A DNA stretch of 64,000 bases, from positions 434,001-498,000 of the forward strand of contig JBEWZL010000232.1 in NCBI GenBank assembly GCA_045837725.1, read 5' to 3'. Shown piece after piece: positions 13,162-25,256 of this stretch. Positions within the stretch are counted from its first letter, which is position 1. Each line of letters begins with the position of its first letter. The notes under the pieces are model-generated. The model had not been told where the DNA came from. It saw nothing but the letters and a program-made list of their open reading frames with translations, and did not search any database. The DNA is from Vermamoeba vermiformis. Taxonomy: Eukaryota. Both the position numbers and the translations under genes were made by a program.

Positions 13162-16100
13162 TCACTCTGCTCGGAGTTCTGCGTTAGACTCGGAGTTAAC
13201 CATTTCCATTGGTGCCGAAATGACGCTGTCACGATTGACATCGCTTGTTCGTTGCGACATGCCTGTCGTGGACTTGGATCTGTTCTTCACAAACTCCGAG
13301 GCCTTCTTGAACATGATTACAAAAATGACAGCTGGTGGCATTTCTGTCAAGTACAAGAATGTCAAGATGCCGTAGAATCTGTCATCGCTTTGTGTCGATG
13401 AAGTTGCTGAGCTCCATAGCAAAAATACGGCTTGAGCGAGAAGTGCAACGGTACAAACAGCCGACACGGCCATCAATCTTCTGAACGCATCTTCTCGTGC
13501 TTGTTTTCTGTCTTTTGTCGTATTGGCATTTTGCGTCGCTTTGCGCATCAAAATAAGAACTCTAGAAAATTAATTAGAACGATTTCTGAAACAATTTTAG
13601 ACCGTACCTTGCTCCGTAGACCACAAACATTGCTGAAAGTACAGCTGAAACAGCTGCAAAGAACGCTTTGTAAACAATGGACACGATGTCGCCGACGGAC
13701 AAAGTTTCAAGGACGTTTTCAGGCGTGGCGCAGCTGTAGATGACAGGTGTCAACTCTTGTAGCGAGAAGTAGAGAATAATCAACAGTGCAAATGCAACGA
13801 AGAGAACGACGTTCATGGCAATGATTGCTGGACGAAGTTTTGAAATGCCTTGTTTCGCTCCAGCAGTCATTGTGAAGTGATAAATTTCGGCCCTAATAAT
13901 ATCATTGTTAATCTTTCCAATGTTAATTAAATGAAGACGGGACCTACCATCGAGTGACAATGATTGAATATATGACGTAAAATAGCAATGCAGGGAACGA
14001 TGAGAAAACTACATCGACTTCAGGGTTTTGGTCCATCACACCAGATAGAATCAAAATCATGTAGATGAATCGGTCTAATGTGGCATCATTAGTATATGTT
14101 AGAATATAGGTTATGACTTACTCAGCAAGAAGATTAATGAGATAAACAGCGCGGTCGTTGAAAGAGTGAAAAATCGAGTGTCAGGCACGTGCAGCATGAT
14201 GTGCAAGACAAAGTGATAGCCAGTGAAGACAAAGATCGTAAAGTACCACACGATGCCGATCACTAAGTATACAATTTGACCGGGCAATAAAGTCGAGACG
14301 AACGTTGCTGATTGCCAGTTCGATTGAAGTCCGACGGGGAAATAAGTCTGACTGGCGTTTGATACTGCAAAGCACGAAATTTCACCAAGTTGAGCTGATT
14401 GGTCGAGTAGCGTGAAACTCGTAAACTGGTCGTTGGGAATGGCCCAGCGGAAATCAGATAAACTATCCAACTGTGCTTCGTAATTCTAAGCAAACGTTAG
14501 TATTGATCATATATTATAGTGCTTCTTACAGTTGGGAATGTTATGCAAGCTTGTAATGTTCCCGTGAAATTTTGTGGATCTCGATCTATTTTGACACCAT
14601 CGCCGATGATTTGACCGATGACTACACCTTGCTCATTGCGTATGAATAAGACCTACGATTTGTTATTATAGTGCATATGATAGGTAATATTGACTTACTG
14701 ATCGATGCAATTGAGTTTTTGCTGCAGTGACCGAGGCGGCACTAATCGATGCAACTTCTTTAGTGGCAAACTGTGACATCGGCACGGCGTTTGTTCGAAT
14801 ATTAATGCAGTCATTGCCTTGGACTAAAAAGTCACTGCCAACAATGACTGTAGCAATGGCGGTCGAAAAGTTTGATGCAATGTTCGAGCATGCGAGACCC
14901 ACTCCTACGACCGATGAGGACACGCCCGAGAAACAATCTTGACCTCCGCTTGTGCAATCACAGACTAAGCTCGACACCTGTGAAGTAAATTGGCCGTATC
15001 TAACGAGATATTAGCATTGCATATCATTGAAATTAAGGTCAAAGACGTACCTGCACCACATGTCCGACTCCATAATTTTGGCGTATCTTCGTGCTACTGA
15101 GGCTGAAATGAGAGTGAAGAGATGAGTATAGCTAGGCTCATTGACCAATCGGTTGCTTTGAATCATTTCTCGTTTGTGCCATTCAAAGGGCGTGAAAGTT
15201 TTGGGACGCCATAAACCACCGGACCAAGAATAGTACGAAAACGGTGTTCCGCCACAAGCAGTGCACTCGGCAGGAGATTTCAGCGAGTATGCAGCTGGCA
15301 TGACGGATCGTTCTGTGGGGAACAAATAAAGAATGACCGAGAGTTTTGGTTCGCTACAAATAACTGATTTAGCCTCACACTGGGCACGTGTTTTCGCCTT
15401 TGTGAACCATTTCCTAAATAAGGGAATTAGTTGATATTGATAAATATGATAGAAGGTCTTACCCTCCTTGTGATATACAAGTATTGTTGTCGTTAATAAT
15501 TCTGCTAAGGCATCCCAAGGGCGTCCAATCAAAGCTGGCATTGCAATTAAGATCTTGATCCCAGTCAAACACACAGCCGTCAAAGTCATTGCACGTGCCA
15601 TTCGATTCACACGTGTCTTGATCGCCTGAAAGACCGTCGGTGCACGTGTATTGTGAATCACATAACACTTTGAGAGTGGGAGTGTTGTCGCACAATCCAA
15701 CCACTTCACATTCGGCTTGAGTGTTCACTTGATCTGCTATCCATTTCGTACCCGACCTATAAATTCAATTTAAGATGTCTTTTTAGCTAGGCTTGCAGAG
15801 AAAACTTACCACCAACGAAGTTGCGGATCCGCTGCCACACAACTTTGGTAATCTGAGAATCCACTTGCAGTTGCACATATACCATATGTTTGATTGTCGA
15901 TAGTCCAAGATTGCCTTAGAATAGACATTAGATACCATATACATACATTCGATAGTACCATTGTAACGGAAGGCCAGCATCGGTCTGAGTACAACTTGAC
16001 TCGTTAATTGCAGGCACATAGCACCGCTTTGATGCACACGAATTAGGCTATCATTTAAATACGTTAGCTCGCAATATAATGATTTATCGTTGGCTCAACG

Positions 16101-19100
16101 AATCTTACGCTGCTGGAGCAAAACTCTGGCGGGAAACATTGTGCCTGTGTCACATTCGGGCGAATGCACTTCGTTGTAACGTAGTTGAAAGCAAGGCCGT
16201 TGAATGAACCACCAACAGCTTGGCATTCTTCGTTCGTTTGGGCATTATATTCGCAACGGGCAAACAATGACGTCTGTCAAAAGTGTCAAAAATATTCACC
16301 GCGAAAATTATGCCGTTGTTACCTCCACACAAAAGCCTGACTGACACACGCCACAGAAGTAATCTGAGCCGAGATTTGGATCCGTACAATTTGCTAAAGT
16401 CTTGTGTTAATAATGTTTCGATTATGAATTAAGCAAAGTACCTTCGTTGCAGAAAGGATTTGTCAGTGAATTGCAGACGGCCCAGTTGCATGTTTGAACT
16501 GAATTGCAAACGTCTAAAGGAACGTGAGAAATGGCTCCTTCGCAAGCCAATTCAGTGGAATTTGCCAGGAGAGTGGTAATCACTTCGTCTCGTGTTGATG
16601 TAGCTAAGTAGTATAAATTATTTGGATCTATCTAACGTGACTTTTGTTAAACTTACCATTCAATCCCAAATCTTGCTTGACGAATAGCAATGTGAAAGGT
16701 TCTACATTGAGCTCAACACACTAATCACGTGATTAACATCGTTATTGAGAAGTGATGGAAAGACTTACTCGCCACGAAACATTCATGAGCTGGTACTCGT
16801 CGATCTCTTGAATATTTCGAAAATCATAGTACGTGCAGCTTTTTAAACCGTTAGTGCCAGCAATTTCTTCACAGATACCCGTGGCACAATCACTGTCAAC
16901 TTGACATGGCGAAGCGCATCTACCTTCTGGTCTGCAAAACGATGACGCCGAGATGGCTTTGCACGGAGCACTAATGAAGTTAAGGATAATGCAAACTCAG
17001 CAGTGATTACTTACTCGGATGTGCATGCAGTTTTGTTGAGAGACAGAACACACGTGGTAATGCCACCAAGGATATTGACACCACTACCCAAAGACTAACA
17101 ACATGTTATTATGGCCCTCAGACTTGCGTAAAGCAAAACTTACTTGAGTCGTTCTTACTGCACAGCCAGTGCTACGGTCAGTGCTCGAGTTAGAAAGCAC
17201 AATGTAGTCCGACAACACATTCTATACAATTTCATCAATATATATATGGAATAATACTGGTACACTTACAGAGGCACATCGTGGTGTTTGACATTGATTT
17301 AGTCCATTTTGGTCGATTTCAAAACTGTCCACGACTGCTGAAACATCGCGTGCAGAGCAACATTCCAACCGTTGCCGCCTTATACAATTGTGTCAGAATT
17401 ATATAATATTGTACTATATTTGCGTACGTGGGATTGCAACAAGGGTCGATGAGATAAGAATCGGATCGGTTGGTTTCTAAGCACACACTAGTGTTGTAAA
17501 AAGTGGCCTCCGAAGAAACAGTATCGAGCAATCCTCTGTTAACTAACTCAGTGCACGAAGTCCACGCATCTGAAGTTGCCCAAGCCAATGTCTATGATAG
17601 GATTAATAGTTATTGTTGATAGGGATGTGCGGAATTACCTGAAACAGATACGTGTTCGTTTCTTGATAAACTTGAGGATTAGAATTGCCCAAAAAACTTG
17701 CACGACGCCGAAATTCTGGAAAAAATGTCAAAAAGGTGAGCATTATAATATAAACCTGAGCTTAGAACGTACCGGCCAGGGTCTCGTTGTAAAGGATCGG
17801 ATCACATATAATATTATTTTCGGTGGGAACTCCAACAGAGTTACCTAGTACTTCCGATCGATTGTTTGCTAGTGTTGGAAAAGTGAAGATGCAACTAGGG
17901 TCTGAAAATCGTGCTTGCGGGAACGGAAATGTAACTCCAGCAGCGGTCTAGGAATTATTAGTTTGACAATGTGATTCATTGGGAACTTATTTTGAGTACG
18001 ACTAGTTACCTTAACATTGGCGAATTGATCTTTACGAATAATAATGCCTGTTGAGAATTGCTTTGTATTCGCTGACACTTTCTCGATGCCGCTGCAAAAT
18101 TATTTTGATTAAAATAGGAAATATAATCGATTGATGGGTTTATATCATTATTAGCAAAGTAATCTCTTACCCTATCATTTTAATCAACGAGAATAATGGG
18201 TCATTAGTGGCTGGCATTGGCAGACAGCCAGATCGTTCGCGACAATCATCCGCGCTGAAATGTAGCCCGTCACATTGGATATCGACCGGCGCTAATAGCT
18301 TATTAGTATGTATATAACATATTTAGAGTATTTATTCGAATAAACTTACGTATCATATAAAATTGTGTAACAGGCAAAATGGGATCGGCTATCTAACGTC
18401 AGTATATGTTGACATCTATTCGTTATTTAAGCTTACTCCACAGCGAAAAATTGTACTCAGTTGTAAGGAATGGTAGCCATCCTACGTAAACTTCTCCAGT
18501 CCAAGCTGGATTTAACTCCCGGATGTGATCGCAACACAAAGAAACTCCATTCGCACCATATTCACTTCTAAGTATATCATGTGTTGTTAAAGATACTTGG
18601 GAAAATTCTTTTCGTATCGAGACCGCTAAGAAGACTTGTCCTGATTCACAGCGTTAGTTAAACTGAAATTAAGAAATTCGAGATCTCCTAAAATATTTTT
18701 AATTTTACCTGATATTACATCCGCTAATATTGATATAGAATGACATGTTTGATAGTTGCTAACTTTGAAAGAATATTTTTGAAAATTATCCGGTGCTTCA
18801 ATTCCACTAAAACTTGTTGAATTGCCATCTATACATCGTTGACCGATATCTGTGGTATTATAGCATTCAAATGTAGAATTTAAATTGCAACAGGGCACTA
18901 ATTGAGCTCGATTTGCTTCCGAGAAATCGATCGAGCATTGAACTTTGTGATACAAATCTTCGTCTGCTTTCAAAGTGATAATATTGCTTGTAATAGATTG
19001 ATCTATAATATCTAACTGCTTTGTGCGGTATGAAAAGTCAACTATTTTGAGCGAGGTTGCCAACGGCGGATCAACAAAAATAAATAAAAATAAACATGCG

Positions 19101-19123
19101 CATAATGTAGTTGACCCTCGCAT
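13162..19123 (-). CDS. Very large membrane protein: signal peptide, Cys-rich ectodomain, C-terminal ~7TM region (GPCR/TOM1-THH1-like)
   Basis: Signal-like MRGSTTLCACLFLFIFV; many short Cys-rich exons; consecutive hydrophobic helices at 14300-13300; Ser/Thr-rich tail. Single-gene model assumed from contiguous exons. Confidence 0.65.
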
Positions 19124-19357
19124 TGTAAACTCTTCAGTGGAATAAAAATTATAGAAAGCCGAAAAATAGTGTCCAACACCGACGTCAAATGTCATAATCG
19201 TCAATCAAGATCTTATTTCGCGGTTACTGAAGCAAAATTAAATTGAAAAAGTAATAAAAGGGCGTACCTATACAACTGTGGTCATGATTTCATCTTACGT
19301 CTTCAGCTTCATAATCAGGTTGCAGCAATGCGTAAGTGTGCACAATTAACTTTCGAT

Positions 19358-22300
19358 TTATTGCACTGATTTCTTCGGTCTGCCTCTCTTTGGCTTTTCA
19401 ATCACATTTTGTTCTTCAACCTGTTCCTTCGTATTATTTACTTCTTCGACTGCTTTCTTTCGTCCTCGTTTGGGTTTTTGTTCTTCAACGGCGGTTTGTT
19501 CTGCTTGATCCGGCTCGGTCTTCTTGGCTCTAGTGCGTTTTGGCTTAGTTTCTTCAGTAACTTCAGGAGTTTCGGACTTAGTTTTTGATTTTGATTTCTT
19601 TGCTGGCAGAGCTTCAGCCTCTTCGACTTCATTTTCCACGGCCTCTTTTGTCGCTACTTTTCTTCGTTTGGGCTTCGGTTCATCTTCTTGACCTTCATCT
19701 GCAGCCTTTCGTTTTGTTGCCTTAGCAGCTTTTACAGGCTCATCTTCTAGCTCAATATCGACTGGAACAATTTCTTCCTTGAACTCGACATCGGGTTGAT
19801 CGCTCAAATTGGCTGGTTTGCCTTCAGGCACGCCTTTCATTGACAACGTGAGCTTTGGATTGGCAGATTTCGCGTCCCTATCTTTGACGACCAGTGTCAG
19901 GACTTGTCCTAATTCGACGCACTGGAGCGGATCCGAGACACGTGTATTGCCATCTTTAGCAATCATGTCTGTTCTGTGCAATAGCATTTGATTTCCAACA
20001 CCAATATCAATAAACGCGCCAAAATCGAGCACGTTACTGACGACGCCGCAAACGACCATTCCTGGCTTAAGATCACTTTCCTGTAATTACCATCATTAAT
20101 ACACTGGCGGTTATTTATAAATTGTGTGACGTACCTTAGCAATATCTTTACGGAACAACGGTTTTTGTAGGTTGTCGCGCGGATCCAGACCTGGCTTTGA
20201 CAAGTCTGAAATGATATCCAATAGAGTTGGCTGACCAATAGACAGCTCTTGTGATAATTTTGCGACGTCTAATTTAGATAACTTGTCTTTAAGTTCGTTG
20301 TGTTGCTCAGGGTCCGCAACGTGTTTCAGATCAAAACCAATTTTCTTCAATAACTTTTCCGTGTGGCTGTAGCTTTCAGGATGAATCTAAAGGTCTTATT
20401 AAAATTGCACGGGCGATATTTTTCTTAATGGATACGTACGAAGGTATTATCAAGCGGGTTCTTGCCCTTGGGAATTTTCAAAAATCCAGCGGCTTGCGTG
20501 AAAGTTTTCTGAGCAATACCACCGACTTGGAACAACTCTTCTCGTGATTTAAATGCTTGATGTTGGTCTCTGTACTCTACAATCTTTGCAGCTTGGCTTT
20601 GACTAATGCCCGAAACATACGACAAGAGCGGCACACTCGCTGTATTCAAATTAACTCCGACAAAGTTCACGCAGTCCTCGACAGTTGCGTCCACTAAAGT
20701 AACGTTAGAAAATCAAATTAAATGAAAATGCGTGTTGTACATACGAGCTTTAGTCAGGGACGATTGATTAATGTCGTGCTGATACATGCCAATGCCCATA
20801 GATTTCGTTGGGACCTTCACGAGTTCGCCTAACGGATCTTGCAATCTTCGTGCAATCGAGATTGCTCCTCGTAAACTTGCGTCTAATTCGGGGAATTCTT
20901 TGTTTGCTTCTTTTGACGTTGAATAAACTGACGCTCCTGCTTCACTAACAATAGTCCAATACTGCAACACGAAGTTAAATCAAGAAAATATCTATGGAAT
21001 GTTCGACGTACAATGTCATCTCTTTGCATGGATTGAACGCTTTGTGAAACAAATTGTTCCGTCTCACGTGATGCAACTCCGTTACCAATTGCTGAATGCG
21101 AATTAGCAAAACAAAACTAGATGATTATATTAAAGTGTCTCGTGCATACCAATCAGCTTGACATTAAATCTTCGAATGAGCTCGCAGAATATTTCTTGTG
21201 GTTCGCTGGAGCTACGAGTGTGCGGATAAATAATGCCAGTGTAAAGCACTCTGCCGTTACTATCAATAGCAGCCAATTTGCATCCGTTTCTGAAGCCCGG
21301 ATCTACACCGAGAATTCTTCCGTAGACTGGTCTGGTTAACAGCAAGTGTTTCAAATTACTCGTAAAAACTTCAATACTTCGTCCTTCTGCCTTTTCTTTG
21401 GAAATTCGTCTAAAGGAAATTATTAGCAGAAATTAATTGGCACCATAAATAATGAAAACTTACCTTATTTCACGCTCTAATGTATCTTTAATTCTATTAT
21501 AGGCCTCTTTTGTCGCTTCGGCGATGATTCCTTTCACGTTGCCGCCCGATTTTTCAATGACAGGGAACGACTTTTTGATAGCTTTTTCCATTTCTGCAAT
21601 CATGCTGCTATCTGCCACGTCCAATTTAACCTTCAAAAAACCTAAAATTGGAACAATGAACGAAATTTCAATAAAGTACATCGAATTTTTCTTTCGTACC
21701 TTCTTTTTCACCTCTGTTAATAGCTAGAGTTTGGTACGGTCTTAACATGCCAATCGGCTTAGAAAAGTTGTAATATGTTTCATAGACGTCCTCAGCCTTC
21801 TTATTCGAGGTCGGAATATCAATGTCCATTGACTTCGGATCATCAGTTTTCTTTTTCTTTTTTGGTGCGGCTACTACAGTCAACATAGCGCCTCTATTAA
21901 ACATGTCTCGTAATTTTTGCACATTTGCCGTATGATAGGTAAAAGTCTCGGTTAAAATATTGGTGATGTGTTCGGTGATTGATTCGGCTGTTAATTCTTT
22001 TTCTGGATTAATCTCGCTTTTAATCTTTGCGTCTAATTGGGCATCGGAAAAGGATCTATAACGATAGAAATACCAAATTAGGTAATTTAATGTTTGCAAA
22101 AGTTTTTTTTTTGAGGACTTACTCGGTTAATAAAGAATCTCCTAATGGACCTAATCCTAATTCACGTGCTACTGTTGCCTTGTTTCTCTTGCGTTGTTTA
22201 TAAGGAGCATATAAATCTTCTAATACGGCCATAGTATCTGCCTTTTGTATCTCAGCTCGAAATTCTGAAACAAAAATTGTCAGGATCGGATCTTCGTGCA

Positions 22301-23079
22301 CTTAACATGATTTTGCAATTTTAATATTTGTATAAGGTACTAAGCTTACCTGGCGTTAATTTTTCGGGCATTCTTTTTGTCATTGATTCAATTATAAATT
22401 GTTTTCGAATTTCGACTTTGACAAACTCGTTGTATTTCTTTTCAATATCGCGCACTTCGTGCTCAGACAGTCCGCCTGTCATTTCTTTACGGTATCTCGT
22501 AATAAAGTGAATAGTATTTTCTTCCTAAATAATTTGCAAAACAAAATTTAGATTCGATCTCGATTGTCTAATTGGATCTGCCTTACCTTCAATAATTGGG
22601 CCGTGTTCTTAACTTGGTTAATAGTCAAATTGAGTTCATTGGCGATCTTATTGTAATAGTAATCGCTTAATTGCGTTGAAGATAATTTGCTCGCCATCTC
22701 CTTTTCAAACTCTTCGTCCAAGTCTTCCTCGAATTTTGGCTCCGCTGTAGATGGTGCTAATATACAATATTAAATACGTGGATTACTAAATTGATTATGC
22801 CGTAATTTTACAATAATCATGAAAATTATTCTTGCTGCAAACAGATTTACCTTCAGTAGTGTAATGTCTGAAAACAATTGGTCGTACAACAAGTTGGTTT
22901 AATAACCTTATATTATTTTGTTTGCTCTGGATAGAGAAAAATCGAGGCTGCTGAATGACTGGATTTGTCAATCCGGATGTAGGAGCGACAGTCGGAGCCC
23001 GAGTGAGGACAGATCCGGGTTTCAAACGCAAAGAACAGATGCTCAACCTAGATATTTGTCGAGTGATAGCCCCGAGCAT
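19358..23079 (-). CDS. Tex/SRBD1 family protein (Tex-N, YqgF/RNase H-like, HhH, S1)
   Basis: [60 protein letters not shown]1 [10 protein letters not shown]. Confidence 0.93.
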
Positions 23080-23181
23080 CTCTATTGCGCACTTGAAAAA
23101 AGATAAATAAACTAATTTTTATTTCAACCATTTGAACTCACTCCGATACACAGATCCAAACCCGAACATATTTATTTAAAA

Positions 23182-25158
23182 ATGGAGGCTGGCACGGGTG
23201 CTTTTCAGTTTACACAATTCGAGTGGATTGGTTTTGGTAATATTTTTATTTCCTTTCTAACGATCTTCTCGCAATCTGACTAAATTTAATACAGATATGG
23301 ACCATACCCTCGTGCGATATAAAAACGATAATTTGTTGAAATTGTGCTATGATTGCTGCATCAATTATTTGATTGAAGAAAAGCATTACGACCCTTGCAT
23401 TAGAGATGAGGTTGCAATTTCATAATAATTACCAAAAATTCGTTTTTGCTAATATTTATTATCCTTTTATAGTTAAAATTCGATCCCACGTTCTTGATCA
23501 AGGGTACTATCGCCGACAAAGAAAGAGGCAATTTTTTGAAGTTGGATCATAGACGCAAAGTCATCGTAAGCAATAAGAGGTTAAATGATCGTCATAATAA
23601 CATGTTATTATATAGCGAGCAACTCACGGAATCACTCCGCTTTCACCCGAGGAGATCGCCAAAATTTATCCCGATCCGGTTGATTTTACCGGCACAACGA
23701 CCGAAAAATTCTGGCTATGCACAAGTTATTTTGAAATGTCATTTATTAATGCATATGCTATGCTCATTACTTGGATCGATGCTCGTATTGAGGCTTGTAA
23801 CGGATCCACTCAGTTGACGAAAGCTCAGTGGTACAAGAAGATTAATCGTGACATTTTCCGTGCATTGATTTTCAACTTTGGTGGTGCTTGGAATCGTGGT
23901 TGGTAAGTTTATATTATTTATAGTGAACTATGAGGACCAGATCCGTTTCGATAAACGAAAATTTCGTTTACCAAGTGATTCTAAGAGGACCCATATTTAG
24001 GTATTTCCCCGAAATATTCCGAGAGCCCAATATGTACTTGGAAGATTGCAGCGGTACTCGCAAGTGGCTGACAGAACTGAGAGCTCGTGGTGTCAAGTTG
24101 TTTATGGTCACTAATTCTGACAAGAAGTACGCTGATGCATTGATGGACCATTGCTTTGGAACCGATTGGAAATGTAAGTATAGTGTACCGTAAAGGATAT
24201 TTAACAGACGCATTAATTTGAAACACTTCTGGATGTCCCGATCGGGAATTGAGCCAATGACGTACTAACGGACTATATATTTTCAGCACTGTTCAGTTCA
24301 ATTATTGTTAGCGCACGAAAACCATATTTTTGGGTCCAAAAAGATAAACCTTTCTACGGTACGTATTCTCGAACTACGGATCCACGATAAACTAAACTAA
24401 CGCATTCTAGCTTTCGACGGCGAGGAGGTCAACACTAAGGACGTCATTACAGAGTTGAAGGCTAACACGATGTACAGCGGAGGCAATGTGTTCCAGTTAA
24501 TGCAGTCATTAATGCCCGATAAATCGAAGATCTGTTATTTCGGCGATGACTTGCTGAGTGATTTGATGGGTCAAAAAGAGCATTGCGGATGGCACACTGT
24601 AGCAGTCGTTGAAGAATTGCAACCGTTGGAGAAAGAGCAACACGACAAAATGTAGGCAGATCCACTAACCAAATCTAGGAAAACTTATAATTTCGCTATT
24701 TTCTTTAGTATTGATAGCATTGTATAGTAATATTAATATTTTCGTTTGATAGTACAAGAGCCGCTGGTATTCCTCCGACCACAGTCTCTGAACGAAATTC
24801 CATTTTCGGATCATTTTTCTTCAACAACGAAGATCCGTCAGAGCTCAGCTACTGGGGAGCAGTATTCCATCACTACAGTGACTTTTACGTGCCATTTTTA
24901 TCTGCTTTTGGCACATTTGATGTCGATACTGTTTACCGTTCGCACGAGCGTGGATCTCCTAAGAATGGCCGCAACGGAGCAAATACTATTCGTCAACACC
25001 AAATCAGCACTATTTTGGACTTTGATATGGCCAAGCAACCTGATGTAGCCATTATTGTCCCGCAAGCAGCTGATATGGCCAATGCCTCAAATTATTTGCA
25101 AACGCATCTGGCTTCAAACGAAGGAGACGTCGAAAATTTGCATTTGAGACGCTCTTAA
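23182..25158 (+). CDS. HAD-superfamily 5'-nucleotidase (NT5DC/cN-II family)
   Basis: IGF|DMDHTLVRY, LFMVTNS, ARKP, YSGGN, YFGDDLLSD, FGSFF motifs. Confidence 0.9.
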
Positions 25159-25256
25159 ATAAATGATGCATTTAAGATATAATAGTTTGAGTAGACTAAA
25201 GTAAACATGTGATTACATCTAATGAAGTTGTGCTGTCGTGAGTATTTTTGTTTAAA

